Assembly: GCA_002189035.1 (NCBI GenBank) | Contig: CM007990.1 | Coordinates: forward strand, 2,976,001 to 3,040,000 | Direction of reading: 5' to 3' | From: Utricularia gibba | Taxonomy: Eukaryota > Plantae > Magnoliophyta | Length of the DNA: 64,000 nucleotides | The notes under the pieces: model-generated | What the model was told of the DNA's origin: nothing | Databases searched by the model: none | The model's input: only the letters and a program-made list of their open reading frames with translations | Translations under genes and position numbers: made by a program | Part shown: positions 24,346 through 38,135 of the stretch, piece after piece | Layout of the letters: each line of letters starts with the position of its first letter | Position numbering within the stretch: position 1 is the stretch's first letter

Positions 24346-27112
24346 AGAAAACGTGATTATGTAGGCTAATTTATGTGGACGGTGGGGAAATTGAGCTACT
24401 TCACGATGAGTTGACACGAATAATAAAACACGCTCCATATAAGCAAGAGTTGCGTTTGGTAAGTGAGACTCTTGCCCACTAAGCAAGATACATACATTCT
24501 TTCCTATGTGGAGTGGAGCGAAAGAATTTGGACGGTGTTGGGGGATGGAGGGAGGGGGAGGGGTGAACCTTCTATAGATACCCCTCCTATTCATATGCGT
24601 TCAATGATTGCGGCTTGAGAGAGGTTCATGATTAGGTTCTTTGTTTCTTTTAGAATTAATTGTTTACTTATTAATTTTCCTAGAAAATTTATATGTAAGT
24701 AATTGACTTCGTCTTTTAGTTTTTATTTTTCTTAAAAAATTCATTAACTATGCATTGTTGTTGTGGGCGAAGCCGAACGTGTACGATCAGATTCAGATAT
24801 AAGTGTTTCAGCTGATATGTCGCAGCTGATAGAAATAAAAATAGGTAGAGATTTTAACATGGAAACCATTGGAGAACGGAAAAATTATGGAGATGTCGGA
24901 ACTCGCTGGAAAATGGTTTCACTAGATGGGGGAGGGGAAAAGATACAAGTTTGAAGGCTCGGGGTTCAACCTTTCTTCTTCAAAATTTCTTGTATTTATA
25001 TGAGGGATTAGTCTAACTGAATTCTAAATTCTGTAAATGTCGCCTGCTTTCTACGCCTGCCGTGCGTACTGTGGTTTTGCTTTCGAATAACCGTCGACTG
25101 TTCTGTCATTGTCGTAATTCAGCTACTTTTCAGACTATCCAAAATGACCGCTACTGACAAACTCTGACACTTAATGATCTGTCGGTTTGCGCCAGTCTAT
25201 CAGGACACCTTTGGCTCCTTTTCAGTGGCTAATTACCTCAATCCGATTTAGAATCCATCAATTATATTTTTGTTGATTTGTTTAATATATGATTTTATTT
25301 ATTTATTTATTATTAAACATATTATTTGGATTGAATTTTATATTTTGTTTTTATTTGTAGTATATTTATGTAATTTAGTTATGTTTTTAATTTAATTAAT
25401 AATTGTATAATTATAATTTGTTATATTTTATTTTCCTAAAAGTTTGTTATGATTTTTTTTACTCATATTAAAGATCACATAAACTTATAGAATCTTGTAA
25501 AAAAAGGTCATTCCTTTCTATCTCAATTATTATTGTTAAAGCTCTACTACTCATGTATTTATTGTGTTATGATTATTCTTGTGTGACTAATTTTTAAAAA
25601 ATATACATATAATTTATTAATATTGACATAGTTTGTGTTAAAATTTTATATAATTTCATTTATTTAATTTCATTTATTTAATTTATTTTTTTGTAAATCT
25701 TTCATATATTTTTTTATTTTGAATTATATAATTTTTAAAGAAAAGTTTTTAGAAATTCAAATATTCTAATATATTTAGTGTTATTGTGATTTGAGAATAT
25801 TTTAGTATTGATTTTGTTTTAAATGATTTGTAAATAGATATTCAATAATTCATTTATTTTAATATTATAGGTCAAAGGACACTTTAAATGTTTCATTAGA
25901 TTGTAGTTTATTGCAAATGCAAGATCGGCATATTTCAAGTCGAATTTGAACAATGTTTATACATTTAAGCATTAGGATAACATTTTATAGAATTTAGAAC
26001 CCCCTACTACTGTTGCTCAAATTCTTCACCAATGGAGATTTTATGGAGTTCTAAAAACTTGTTGAATTCAACATAATTACCATTTGTTAATATCATTGAT
26101 AGAAAATTGGCATTCAGAAACAATAACATTTCATTTAATCTATGGAGAGATAATTTTTTTGTATTTATTTTTGAACTATATTTCTTAAGAATATTCTAAT
26201 GTTTTTTTTTGCAGGCAACAGTTACATTATAGAATATATACATTATTTGGGGACTTCGAGTGGATGGTGGCGCCATCTATAGCAAAAGAACATCTCGGAA
26301 TGTAAGCGAATGGCTTGTATTTATTTTTCAACTAAATTTTCACTTCCCAAATTTAGAGATTATATTAAGGAGTTTGGAGAGCCCTTCACTATGGATGTGA
26401 TATCTTCCAAACTGTGCGGGGTCATGACCCCAAAGCATACCGTTTCAAAGGGCATTCCAAGATTGTTGTGTACAAATTCTACTATAGTTCCCCTGCACCT
26501 ACAGATCAATGAATAATTCCTATGAAATATGTAGTAATCCAGGCGAAAATGTCTGTGTTCTTGATCTTAATTCAGATCATCAAGATGTATTTAGGTAATT
26601 GATATTAATTTTTATTTATATATTTGCATTCACTAAAGTATCATCACTATTTTTGTACGTAAAGAATGCTCGTTATAATGCTGCGTTGATTGTTTGTGGG
26701 GTTTTTTTCGCTAATACTAAAGACAATGAATATTGTCTTTCTTATCTGGATTTGATCGTAAATTACGAAGAAGTAGGGGTACTTAGTTGGGGTTCAGCAT
26801 TTTTAGTTTACTTGTATTGTAACTTGAATGAAGGATGCATAATTGAAAGTTTCACGACCCACTTTTAGGGCTCGGGAAGATAAGTCGTGACCACCCAGTC
26901 CTAGCTAAACTGGATATAAGACTTTTAGAACTCAGGGTATCTTTCATTACATGATCTAATAACAGTAAATGGGTAGTTACATATGTAAACTGGATATAAG
27001 ACTTTATCCAAGTACTTTTGTATACCATAGTTTGTAAGTCCATAATGAAATAGATTCAAAAATAAAGTATATTATACATACATATATAATCATACAAACC
27101 TAGTAAACAAAC

Positions 27113-28054
27113 CTACTGGTTCTACCCAGGACTAACACCGACTGATCCCGTCTTGGTTTGTTGGTCTACCTCTAAACCAAGCATCTAAGTTGAGAAACTA
27201 CTTGCTCCCCTCCTTAGGTCTACCCATGGTTTGTTAGAAACAAGAGTTAAGGAAGACAACTAAATTTCATCATCAACCTAAGCACATACCATACTACTTC
27301 ACCTTAAGGCATCCCTAAGACTCTAGCCACTCATGCTTAGGAAATAAAACACGATTTCATTCATATAAGTTGGCCAAAATGGCAGAAACATTGTAAACAA
27401 GTAAAATGCAGAAAGTCAAAATGTTTAGAAAACTAGAAAGTAAATAAAGATTGTTCTTGCGTCCGTTAGCTACTGTTCACAGCCCGGAACAGTAGCGCTA
27501 GACTGGGCTCCAGTGCTATTCTTGATGATGGAGGCGTTTCTTCCCCTTTTGGTTGGTGTTTCTCCCATTGGGGAAGAAGACCCCTTGCGTTCCCCCCCCC
27601 CCCCCCCCCCGGTCGATTCTTCACGCTCTCTCCTCTTTTTTTTTGAAAAATTAATTTCCCCTTTCCTTCACTCCATTGCACTGTTGCTGTCCACCAGCAT
27701 TGTTCTCGACCACCAGCACTATTCCCGGCCACCAGCACTGTTCCCGACCTGAACTTTCAGACTGCGGTGGCGGCAGAACAGTTCCCTTTGTCCTTCTCCG
27801 GATTTTGCGCGCCTTTTTTGCTTGTTTTACACGTTTGCAAGTCTGATTTTCGGCTCATCTCCCTGCTAAACTTACTGAAACATTAGTAACAAGAGTTGTG
27901 GACTAAATCAAAGAATTTAGTCCACTTTTCAACATAGTCACATAGGATTAACATAAACACCACTAAAGCATGAAAAATCACATTTATCTAACCTAAATCA
28001 TGATAAAATATAGCTATTTTGTGTTATGAATTTTAGGAAAAATGTGTATTATCA
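27113..28054 (-). mobile_element. Truncated family B LTR nested in the Tekay-like solo LTR
   Basis: Highly similar to 21805-22708 and ends GTATTATCA. It contains a C19 run at 27592-27610. Confidence 0.85.
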
Positions 28055-28562
28055 CTATCAGTCCATGATAAAATATAGCCCTTGTTCATGGTTTCACGCT
28101 CAGGAGTGCCAACTCCTACCATAAAACCACAAACACAAGCCATACATAACTTAACATATCATATCTTGCATAGGTTTCATACTTTTGGCTTTCCACTTAT
28201 ACATGGTGCCTCAGACATGCCTGACATATTAGCCATAGTACCCGTGGTACCACCACGTTGCTAAAGATATGTGCCCATATCCCCTCCATTCTTTCCTATC
28301 TTGTTTATCACATAGTACATAGAGATACATATTGAAAATATCATCTTAAAGATAACAAGGGTGGCTATCAGTGGAAAGAATCATACTTTTGGAACTCAAA
28401 AATAGCTTGTTCTAAAATAACATGAAATAACCCACTCCCTTGTTAAAACTTTCATGTAACATAAAAGGGTTCTGAGTATAGACACAATCACGTCCAGAGT
28501 ATATATATTCCCATCTACATTCCATCATATATATATTCCCATCTACATCTTCTCCTTATTTT

Positions 28563-28705
28563 GCGTGCCATATGTGGCACACATGCATGACGTACAAGTG
28601 GCACACATGCTAGAGGACACATGGTGCACCTGCAACAGGACATGTGGCGCACATGCTAGAGGACACATGGTGCACCTGCAACAGGACATGTGGCGCACAT
28701 GCGAG
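28563..28705 (+). repeat. LTR-internal minisatellite of 23-24-bp units with a 46-bp higher-order dimer
   Basis: (ACACATGGTGCACCTGCAACAGG ACATGTGGCGCACATGCTAGAGG) occurs about twice, preceded by two 24-bp-type units. Confidence 0.85.
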
Positions 28706-29351
28706 ATGACACATCTCACGCACTTAGTGGTTGTCACTTGGATACATTTGATTGGCTAGGTTGGTATAAAGTAAAACAAGTTAAAACTAAAAAGTAAAGT
28801 TCTTAAAGCTTGAATCCTCACAGAAAGAAAGACCATCGGCGGCCTTATGCAACTTTTACATGTTTGTTAATGAATTTTTTTTATTTAATTTTTTCAAATG
28901 ATTTATGTTTACTTTTTCAGTTATGGGCTTGAAGTCCAATTCAAGCATTATCACCCATAGATTTTATGCCTTTTTATGATATATCATACAATCGGGCATG
29001 TCGTATGATTTATGGTTGGAGGTACTAATTTCTTTACAATAGAAATATCATTCACTTTTTTTGCTAATTATTCTCCTTTAATATGAAAGTTACACTACAA
29101 TTATGGATAGGACGACTACATCTCACAATCAACTTCTAATTTATAGAGATAGTTTAGATCTTATTGGACATGATAAGGTGACATTATTCAAAATATCCTT
29201 TTTATTTATGATTACTTAAATAAAAATTTTTACAATTTAAATGGAGACCTTATTCCACTGGAGACTTTTGAGATGTCAAAAATTGTCGGAGGATTTGGAC
29301 ATATTGTAGACCCTTGCTATTTTTTGGTATTATAGAACATCACGATACTCA

Positions 29352-30965
29352 TAGGGCTTGTTTGGTAGCATATTTTAGTTTACTCGGTCTTAAATATAAT
29401 GAGATTAATTTACACTAAAATAAGTGACTTAAAAACATCAATCTAGTTTGGTAGAAAGTTTTAAATAACATAGGATTATTTAACATGTGTTTGGTTGGAA
29501 GTTTATAATTTGGTTGTATATGATTTTACTAAAATGCCCATATTTTAATATATATTTAATATAAAAGAGTGTGACCTTCTACTCATGCGAGAGAGAGAAA
29601 GAGGGGGTGACAAATTAGGGCAAGGAGTGTTTACAAACTTTCTACCGTTCTAAGTATTTTGATAGGTATGCTCAGATTAAGTTAATGTATGTTGATTACT
29701 CTATTTCATATTTCGACCATGTTGTGTAGTATTTTTTTTTTGTAATTAGGATGATATCAAAATCAGATCTTGTAGTGTTGTTGGTTTTGCACAAAATTCA
29801 TCTTACCCAGTTGTTGTTATTTGCGGCTATACTTGAATTGTATTATGGGAAAAGACCTAAAAAACGAAAATATTCAATGATTGGAAGAGTTTCCGGACAA
29901 ATTATGCATCTTCAAGAAATGATTTGCATCAGTGATCTTGCTTGTTTGGACAATTTAAGAATGACAAGAAATGCTTTTGGAAGATTATGCACACTTTTGC
30001 ATGATGTTGGTGGATTGAATAATTCTAAGCATGTTAGCTTATCTGAAAAAGTTGCAATTTTTTTGGGAGTTTTAGCTCACCATAAAAATGTTCGTATACA
30101 ATCTCATGATTTTAAGAGATCTAAATGGACCATCCATTATTATTTTTATGAAGTGCTTCAAACGATTATTAAATTGCATCTGCTACTTATTGCAAAGCCT
30201 CAACCAATCAATGAAAATACTACTGATGGACCATGGAAATATTTTAACATATGGTAGTTTCTGAGAATTCATAATATAACAATTATGTTTATTATTTCTT
30301 CATGCTTTTGAATTTGCATAGGGTTGTTTGGGAGCTTTGAATGGAACTTATATTCAAACCAAAGTCAATGCAAGTACCCCATATCATTGTCATTAAGGTT
30401 GTGTGTGTGTTATGTTTTAGGCGGATGTGATATAAGCATGAATTTTATATATATCCTATCGGGATGGGAAGGATCAGCAGCTGATGAAAGAGTATTGTGT
30501 GATGCTCTCACAAGAGAACATGGTTTTCATGTTCCTAGAGGTATTTATATTAACATGAAAGAATCATATTGATTTTTGATATTTAAAATTATACACTCTT
30601 ATACATAATTAATCATTTGTTTCATGATATTGTAGGTTATTATTATTTATGCGACAATGGTTACATGAATTGTGAAAGATTTCTTACACCATTTCGCTCT
30701 GTTTGATACCATTTAAAAGAATGGGGAGTTGGTTCTACATCACCACAAAATTATAAGAAATTTTATAATATGAGACATGCAAAAGCAAGAAATGTCATAG
30801 AGCGAGCTTCAGGATTGATGAAGATGCGATGGACAATTATTCGTAATGCTTGTTTCTATCCAGTAAAAACGCTAAATCTTATAATCATGGCTTGTGCTCT
30901 CATTCACAATTTCATTAAAAAAGCGAATGAATTGCATTTGATTGAAGTTTGTATTGCACAAGAAG
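29352..30965 (+). mobile_element. PIF/Harbinger element: left TIR-like end and degenerate transposase
   Basis: GGGCTTGTTTGG end. Transposase remnants: CLDNLRMTRNAFGRLC..EKVAIFL; GCLGALNGTYI (catalytic D replaced by N); GWEGSAADERVL; YYLCDNGY; RHAKARNVIERASGLMKMRW..ACALIHNFI. Confidence 0.9.
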
Positions 30966-31690
30966 AGTACATGGAACCTAGAACGGAGTCAAAATAACCT
31001 ACTAGACCTGTGGATGAATTGATGAAGGAAATGATGCAAACTTTTATTGCTATAGTGACAAGTTTGAAAAACATGTGTGCTAATATGGTGCAAAATTAAT
31101 CAAAAAGGCGAGTGGATATTACTGTTGGCAATGGAAATAGCCAATAGGTAGGAAAAGAGGCTAAGGATCACCATAAAACCTTAAAAAGGTAGGAGTTCAG
31201 GCCTTCAAGAATAGAACACCAGAGGAAGCGAATGCATGGATCCTGAAATTGGAAGAGAAATTTGAGTTGATTAGCATATCGGAAGGAATGATAACAATGC
31301 TACGTGTTCATTGACTCGATGGAAATTCCACGGCATGGCAGAGAAATGTGGGAAACCACATGATGAGAGGAGCTGCTACCCCTTGTTCCAAGTTCAAAGC
31401 AGCATTTTATGACCATTTCTTCCCTAAAGAGTTAAGACATGTGAAGAGGATGGAGTTTGATAGGTTTCATCAAGGAACTATGATGGTGCCAGAATACCTC
31501 TTCAAAGAGTAGGGAGGGCATGCTATTTACCTAATGGCTGATGAAAAAGAGAAAGCTTACAAGTTTTCTGAAGGTTTAGATGAGAGGATCAGAATGGCTC
31601 TAACTAAACATAAGAGAACTAATTTAGCTGATCTCATGGGCATATCTATTCAAGTGGAAGCTGAGCTATAAAGGAAGAATCAATAGATGG
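30965..31690 (+). mobile_element. Ty3/gypsy Tekay/Del-like gag remnant (copy 2)
   Basis: Direct homologue of 23826-24345, extending to KAYKFSEGLDERIR. Confidence 0.75.
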
Positions 31691-32345
31691 CCTAATGTTA
31701 TTTTAATACATGTAGTATTAAAGGTGCCGATTCGAAACATAACTACCACCAAATTTTGATGTGGTCTTGTGTTAAAGAAGCAAGCACCATTATAATGTAT
31801 TTATGATGTGTGCATCTAAAATATACAACTCTGAATCAACTTGTAATATAAGTCAAATTCATATGTTTAACTAGGTGATTCACTCGATAAATTGTGTTTT
31901 TCAATTGTAACTCATTGAGCTTAACTCATGATTCAAAAAATGCCAACTCATGTCCAAAGATACCTTTGGCTTAGAGTGTTTAACGTGAGATATCCTCCCC
32001 ACTTATGTGAGCTATTGGTTGATAATTATGCCAATTTCTCTAAGGAATGAATCTCGCCTCATTCAATCACAAAACACACAACTTCCATTGCATAGGGCGT
32101 CAAGGAAAATGCGAATCAAATAACACAAATGTTAAACGGCATTATTTTTGAACAAATCCAATAAAGACAGCTAAGAACAATATATAATGCAGTGGGATGC
32201 TTCTAAAACCAATTGGAAATACCAGCAATTGTTGACCACTTGAGTCCATCCATTCCAGAGAGTTTCAAGTGTCCTTCACCTTGGTCCAATTTGAGGTTTT
32301 GAATTCCTCAATTTGTTCAATAAATGGCCTCATGCTATTTTATAC

Positions 32346-33785
32346 TGTTGGAATTATGTTATTGGAGAAGGGGGTGGCAATCCCATATTATTAGTTGAAA
32401 GAGATTTTAATTAGTTTATATGGGAAGCCTACTCATTAACCTTGATGGATGTGAGAGTGAGATGGGCCTCATGCGTACACATGGTTCTAATTTATTAGAT
32501 TGGGTTGGGCTTCCGGAGGGCCCTGAAACTCAAAAAGGCTACGCACAGGGGGGAGAGGGTGCAAACCCACCTCAAACACCTCTCGTGATAGATCCGACTA
32601 CTGCCCCTTTGGAGAACCCTACTCTGATGCTGTCCACACACTATTCACCGATGCGACACCGACCTCGACGAACTTCCTTGATGTAGATCTAGTTGCTGTG
32701 CCATGGCTGTAGACAAATTCCATCGAGAATCCGCTCGTCTCCACCTACCTGCCATGAGTTACCTCTGATGTTCGTGATTTGTCCCTGAACCATCCGATTG
32801 TTGGTCGTCAGTTTCCTGACACTGCAAAAATCGACCCCTTTGATGGAAAGGACTTTCTTCATTGGAAAGATCGAATCTTTGAGTTGTTGGATATGCACGA
32901 CTTTGCCTGGGCTCTTGATGTCACCAAATAGGAAGCCACAGACTCTAAGATCCTCCATATGGAAGTCGATGACTTCCAAGTACACTATAGAGGAGGCTGT
33001 TACATCTTGATTTGCAGTCACTAATTTTCTGCAATGGGAGATGTGTGATGACAAGGAGGTGGTTGTTCAAATCAACGAATTTCATCATCTCTTGGATAAC
33101 ATGGCTACTCAAAAAATCAATCTACCTCCAGAGTTCATCACGGATTCACAGATCCACAAGCTGCCACAAGGATGAGATGATTCCAAGGCAAGGAATCGCT
33201 AATCTGACGACAAGATCACTCTAGATCACTTGATCAATCACATTGCGATTGAGGAGAGGCAGAGGAAAAAAGGGAAGAAACCTATCAATCATGAGTACCA
33301 GGCAAGTGTTCTCAAGAACAAATAAGGGAGGTACAAATCTCGCTCGAAACATTCTGATGCTGGTTGTCATATTGTTTTTGCTCCTACTAATGATAGTATT
33401 AAAAAGAAAAAGGGCCATTGTTTTGTTTGTGGCAAGATAGGAGACTATGCAACACAATGCAAACATAGGAAGACTGGCAAACCTAGAAATGAGCCTCTCA
33501 AGTCCAATGTTAACATAGCTCAAGGGGATGATAATGATAAGCTGATTGTCACCATGCTTGGTTACTTGAACATAATTGAGGCCAGTGATGAATAGATCAT
33601 TAACTTAGAGGCAAACCGTCATGTTTGCTTAAGGAAGGAGTACTTCTCCTCCTATAGTCCACTTGGGGATGACAATCATGTGATCAAGTTTGCTGACAAT
33701 TCCACTACACTAGTGTCTCGAAACGGAAAAGTCACCCTGAAGTTTACTTCAAGAAATACTATCTTTTTGAGAGATGCGCTACTGT
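32346..33785 (+). mobile_element. Ty1/copia 5' remnant (LTR, gag, zinc knuckle, protease)
   Basis: TGTTGGAATT start. It has a degenerate knuckle CFVCGKIGDYATQC and a protease remnant ANRHVC..YFSSY..VIKFADN..GKVTLKFTS..LRDAL. Confidence 0.75.
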
Positions 33786-33968
33786 TAAGTGTCATTTTTT
33801 CACTATGTTTTAAATTGTTTTTATGTCTAAATGTGATTAAAGTTGTTTATTTAGGAGTTTATAATATAAAATTTAAGTAATTATCTAGTTTTCTAATTAA
33901 ACTTCTATTATCGAAAAAAAACACAATTCTTCTATCTTTTAACCCCCGCTGCACACAAGCTACTTTTC

Positions 33969-34524
33969 TTAAAAGATTTCAATGGGTACGCACAAGAAAT
34001 AGGCCAATTTTGCAGCCTGTTGTTCAATTTCTCGGGTAGTCAAATTATCATCAGTATGGGTCAGCAGAATAGCCTCCCTTCCTTTGATGCCCATATAAAG
34101 GATACAAAGAGCATAAATACCCTCTTGAATTTCTATTCTAATGGATTGCATATCTTTTATAAAGAATCGGAGGAATATGCGACGATTTTTTTCAGGAAGT
34201 ACTCAACGAAAAATACACACAAGTTCTTCCTTTCTATCGAATCGATCATAGCCACTACCTATATTCCAGTAGATTGTGCACCACAAATAGGAACTAATAA
34301 AGAGACCTGCGATCCCGTAGAAAGACGTAATGATCCCTTGTGAAAAAAAAAAGATATGCTGAGACGGAACAAACGATATCAAATTTCTACTAAGATTCTT
34401 GGAAATACAAACCAATGCGAATCCTAATGAACCTAAAAAAAAAGATAAGAGCCCAGCAAAAATTACTTAATTTTCGAGACCCCATTATAAGTTCTATCCA
34501 TATATGTTCTGATCGACAAATCAT
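33969..34524 (-). pseudogene. ycf4: Plastid ycf4 pseudogene (NUPT)
   Basis: [26 protein letters not shown]...[31 protein letters not shown]...[20 protein letters not shown], with frameshifts. Confidence 0.95.
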
Positions 34525-34969
34525 ACTTTATCCGATTGCATTTTATTGGAATTGAGAGACTATCACAAACGATAACAATTTTTACTTTGTTTATTTTTGT
34601 TTTGGTTCCTAGTTGAAGTCTCATCAACTAGTACTAGTTTAATGTTAACGAGCACTAGTTTGATGTGAATCTTTAGGAATAATTCATCAAATTGCTTAGA
34701 TTTAAAATAATAATGTACCCTTTATATGATTCCAATATCTATATGGATATATCCACTAATTTTACATCCGCACTCACTGACCCCGACCTTGATCCTGATC
34801 TGATTGAAGTTAGTTAGAATTCATTTACCAATGGATCAATTTATGCGGGTCTAAGAACTTTTTCTTTTATATTCCGCTAAAATTAAGGATAAATCATATT
34901 TACTGAAATATATGTGTTAGGCTAAAGGTCTAATTTCAAAAACGCCGATGAGATTGTAGCTTCCTTGCT

Positions 34970-35077
34970 CTAAATAATTTTTTTTTTAACATAAAGAAAT
35001 AAAGAAGGCATCACAATTGCCGGAAATACTATGCCGATGAAAGGCACAAAAATAGGGAGAAGGTTGAAAGTTGTCAT
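34970..35077 (-). pseudogene. psaI: Plastid psaI copy (NUPT); frame open but diverged
   Basis: MTTFNLLPIFVPFIGIVFPAIVMPSLFLYVKKKII*. Confidence 0.9.
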
Positions 35078-35519
35078 AAAATTGGTATCTCGATTTGCTA
35101 TTTGTATCTATTATTTTTAGAAAATATTTTATTTTTATAATTATACTAATTATGACTAATTAGAATTAATATTAGTACATATTAAATATTTAAATATCTA
35201 TAAATTTCAGTATCTATATAGTTGAAATAAGTATATAGAATAAGTAGGACGAATGTTGAACCCCAAAAATGGGTTTATCCATCTCTCTACATGAAAGATA
35301 CGTATGCGAATAAACTTGAGTCTTTTTCTTGATTTCTTTATGCTTTGTTCTTGTCTTATAATTTAATAAAGAAAGAGTTATCTTCAACTTTCGATTCGTT
35401 CTACAATTCAATCTTAGGTGACACAAAAAAATATCATTCTTTTTTCATTTTAGATTTCTTATAAGCTAACTACTTTTTTGTTTGCTAGAAATCATTTTTC
35501 TTAGTCTTAGTGTGATCTA

Positions 35520-35845
35520 CTTCATTGAATTGGAAGTCAAAGGAAAGAAGCCATGAAGTTTAAATAACTCACCCAAAACACTTTTTAAAAGATTACGGGG
35601 TACGATTATGTCAAATAAGCCCTTATGGAATAAATATTCAGACGCTTGTAAACCTTCAGATACTATTTTTTTTTAATGTTTCTTCAATTACTCTTTTACC
35701 CGCAAATGCAATGTAGGAATTGGGTTCGGCAATAATGATATCTCCCAACATACCAAAACTTGCTGTTACTCCACCCGTAGTAGGAGACATAAGGATTGTT
35801 ACATAAAATAACTTTTTATTTGATTGATAATCATGAATAGTCATT
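35520..35845 (-). pseudogene. accD: Plastid accD 3' fragment (NUPT)
   Basis: [54 protein letters not shown]. The 5' and central coding region is absent. Confidence 0.92.
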
Positions 35846-36545
35846 TGTCCCACAATTCTTTAGTTCTATTTATATTTGAATCTTTTATTTTGTTTACGAG
35901 CGAAAAAAAACATAGAAATTCCATAATTCCATCACTACAAATAAGTAGGAATAAGAAGTTTGAAAAAAAAAAGTATTATCTTTAGAAGGAATCCGCAAGT
36001 AAGACTTCACTCTAATATGAACAGGACAGAGCTACTTCTATTTCAAACTGAAATAGAAGAATAAAAAAGAATTGTTTACTATGTCTTCAAATAAAAAAAG
36101 AAATCTTTGTTCACTCCAAAAAATAATTTTATCGCAAAATCTTGTCTAATAACTAACTAATAACAAGGAATAATTGAGGATTGGATTCCACCATGAAATG
36201 AAAAAGACAATAAAGAGTACCAGATGGGGCGAAAGATTTATGATAGTTTGCTTGATTGAGGATCACTATGAGATATGGAAATAATCTACTACTCCTAAGG
36301 ATCTGTGGGTTTAATTGTGGATCCAAGACACCAAGAGAAATCTTTTTCTTAGATTTGATATTTAAAATCTAGCAATGCAATACAATACAATAAATGTATT
36401 TATATTATATATATTTACATATATATTTATCTTTATACAAAATATATGCAATAGAATCTTCCTACTCGGTCCAATCTTGAATTCAAGATTGCATCGAGTA
36501 GAATTGCGATTTGCAATTCAGAACGTAGAGTAATTACTTGCTATC

Positions 36546-37952
<1,407 letters not shown>

Positions 37953-38091
37953 TTAAGAATTTTGACAACAACAAGGTCTACTCGATACTATTGAATTATG
38001 CGTTAATGAAACTTTTCACAGGAACCTTTCTCAAACCTACCAACTAATATTATCAACTAATAAGCATATTTGATTTATCAACTACATCATT

Positions 38092-38128
38092 ATTGTATAA
38101 TGTATACTCTTTCATATCTATAGCGCAA
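38092..38128 (-). promoter_or_regulatory. Relic plastid rbcL PEP promoter (-35 TTGCGC, -10 region TACATT/TACAAT)
   Basis: The minus strand reads TTGCGCTATAGATATGAAAGAGTATACATTATACAAT. A GGAGG SD-like motif lies just before the rbcL ATG. Confidence 0.75.
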
Positions 38129-38135
38129 CCCCACT

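Larger units (their letters stand above)
26850..28822 (-). mobile_element. Tekay/Del-like solo LTR with a nested family B LTR fragment
   Basis: Termini T(T)TCACGACCC ... ATCCTCACA with a perfect TSD GAAAG (26845-26849, 28823-28827). Removing it rejoins the PMD reading frame. Confidence 0.85.
25870..29350 (+). pseudogene. Plant mobile domain (PMD, PF10536; MAIN-like) pseudogene, probably TE-borne; interrupted by a solo LTR and truncated by a Harbinger element
   Basis: Before the LTR: DCSLLQMQDRHISSRI*, LLISLIENWHSETITFHLIYGE, ATVTL*..GLRVDG and LSWGSAFLVYLYCNL. After it: KTIGGLMQLL|LWA*, YRDSLD, WRPYS and PLLFFGIIEHHD. Confidence 0.82.

Noticed and set aside
24331-24594. 87-aa minus ORF
   Set aside because: No motif I can recognise; lies among TE debris.
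18284-27610. Long C homopolymers (C16 at 18284, C19 at 27592)
   Set aside because: Slippage or sequencing-prone expansions in LTRs; the sister copy near 22280 has only six C.
22171-27738. ORFs 22171-22512 and 27466-27738 as LTR-encoded proteins
   Set aside because: They lie in homologous LTR sequence but are not conserved as one frame between copies.
20594-28705. 24-bp and 23-bp repeats as a CRISPR-like array or a His/Gln repeat protein
   Set aside because: No unique spacers, eukaryotic context, located inside a TSD-bounded LTR, and the frame is not conserved.
32200-32300. Possible LINE or host-gene fragment on the minus strand (..WTKVKDT*NSLEWDGLKW..)
   Set aside because: Too short and degenerate to assign without a search.
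34970-35077. psaI copy as a functional nuclear gene
   Set aside because: A 108-bp frame can stay open by chance; it has many substitutions and no transit peptide.
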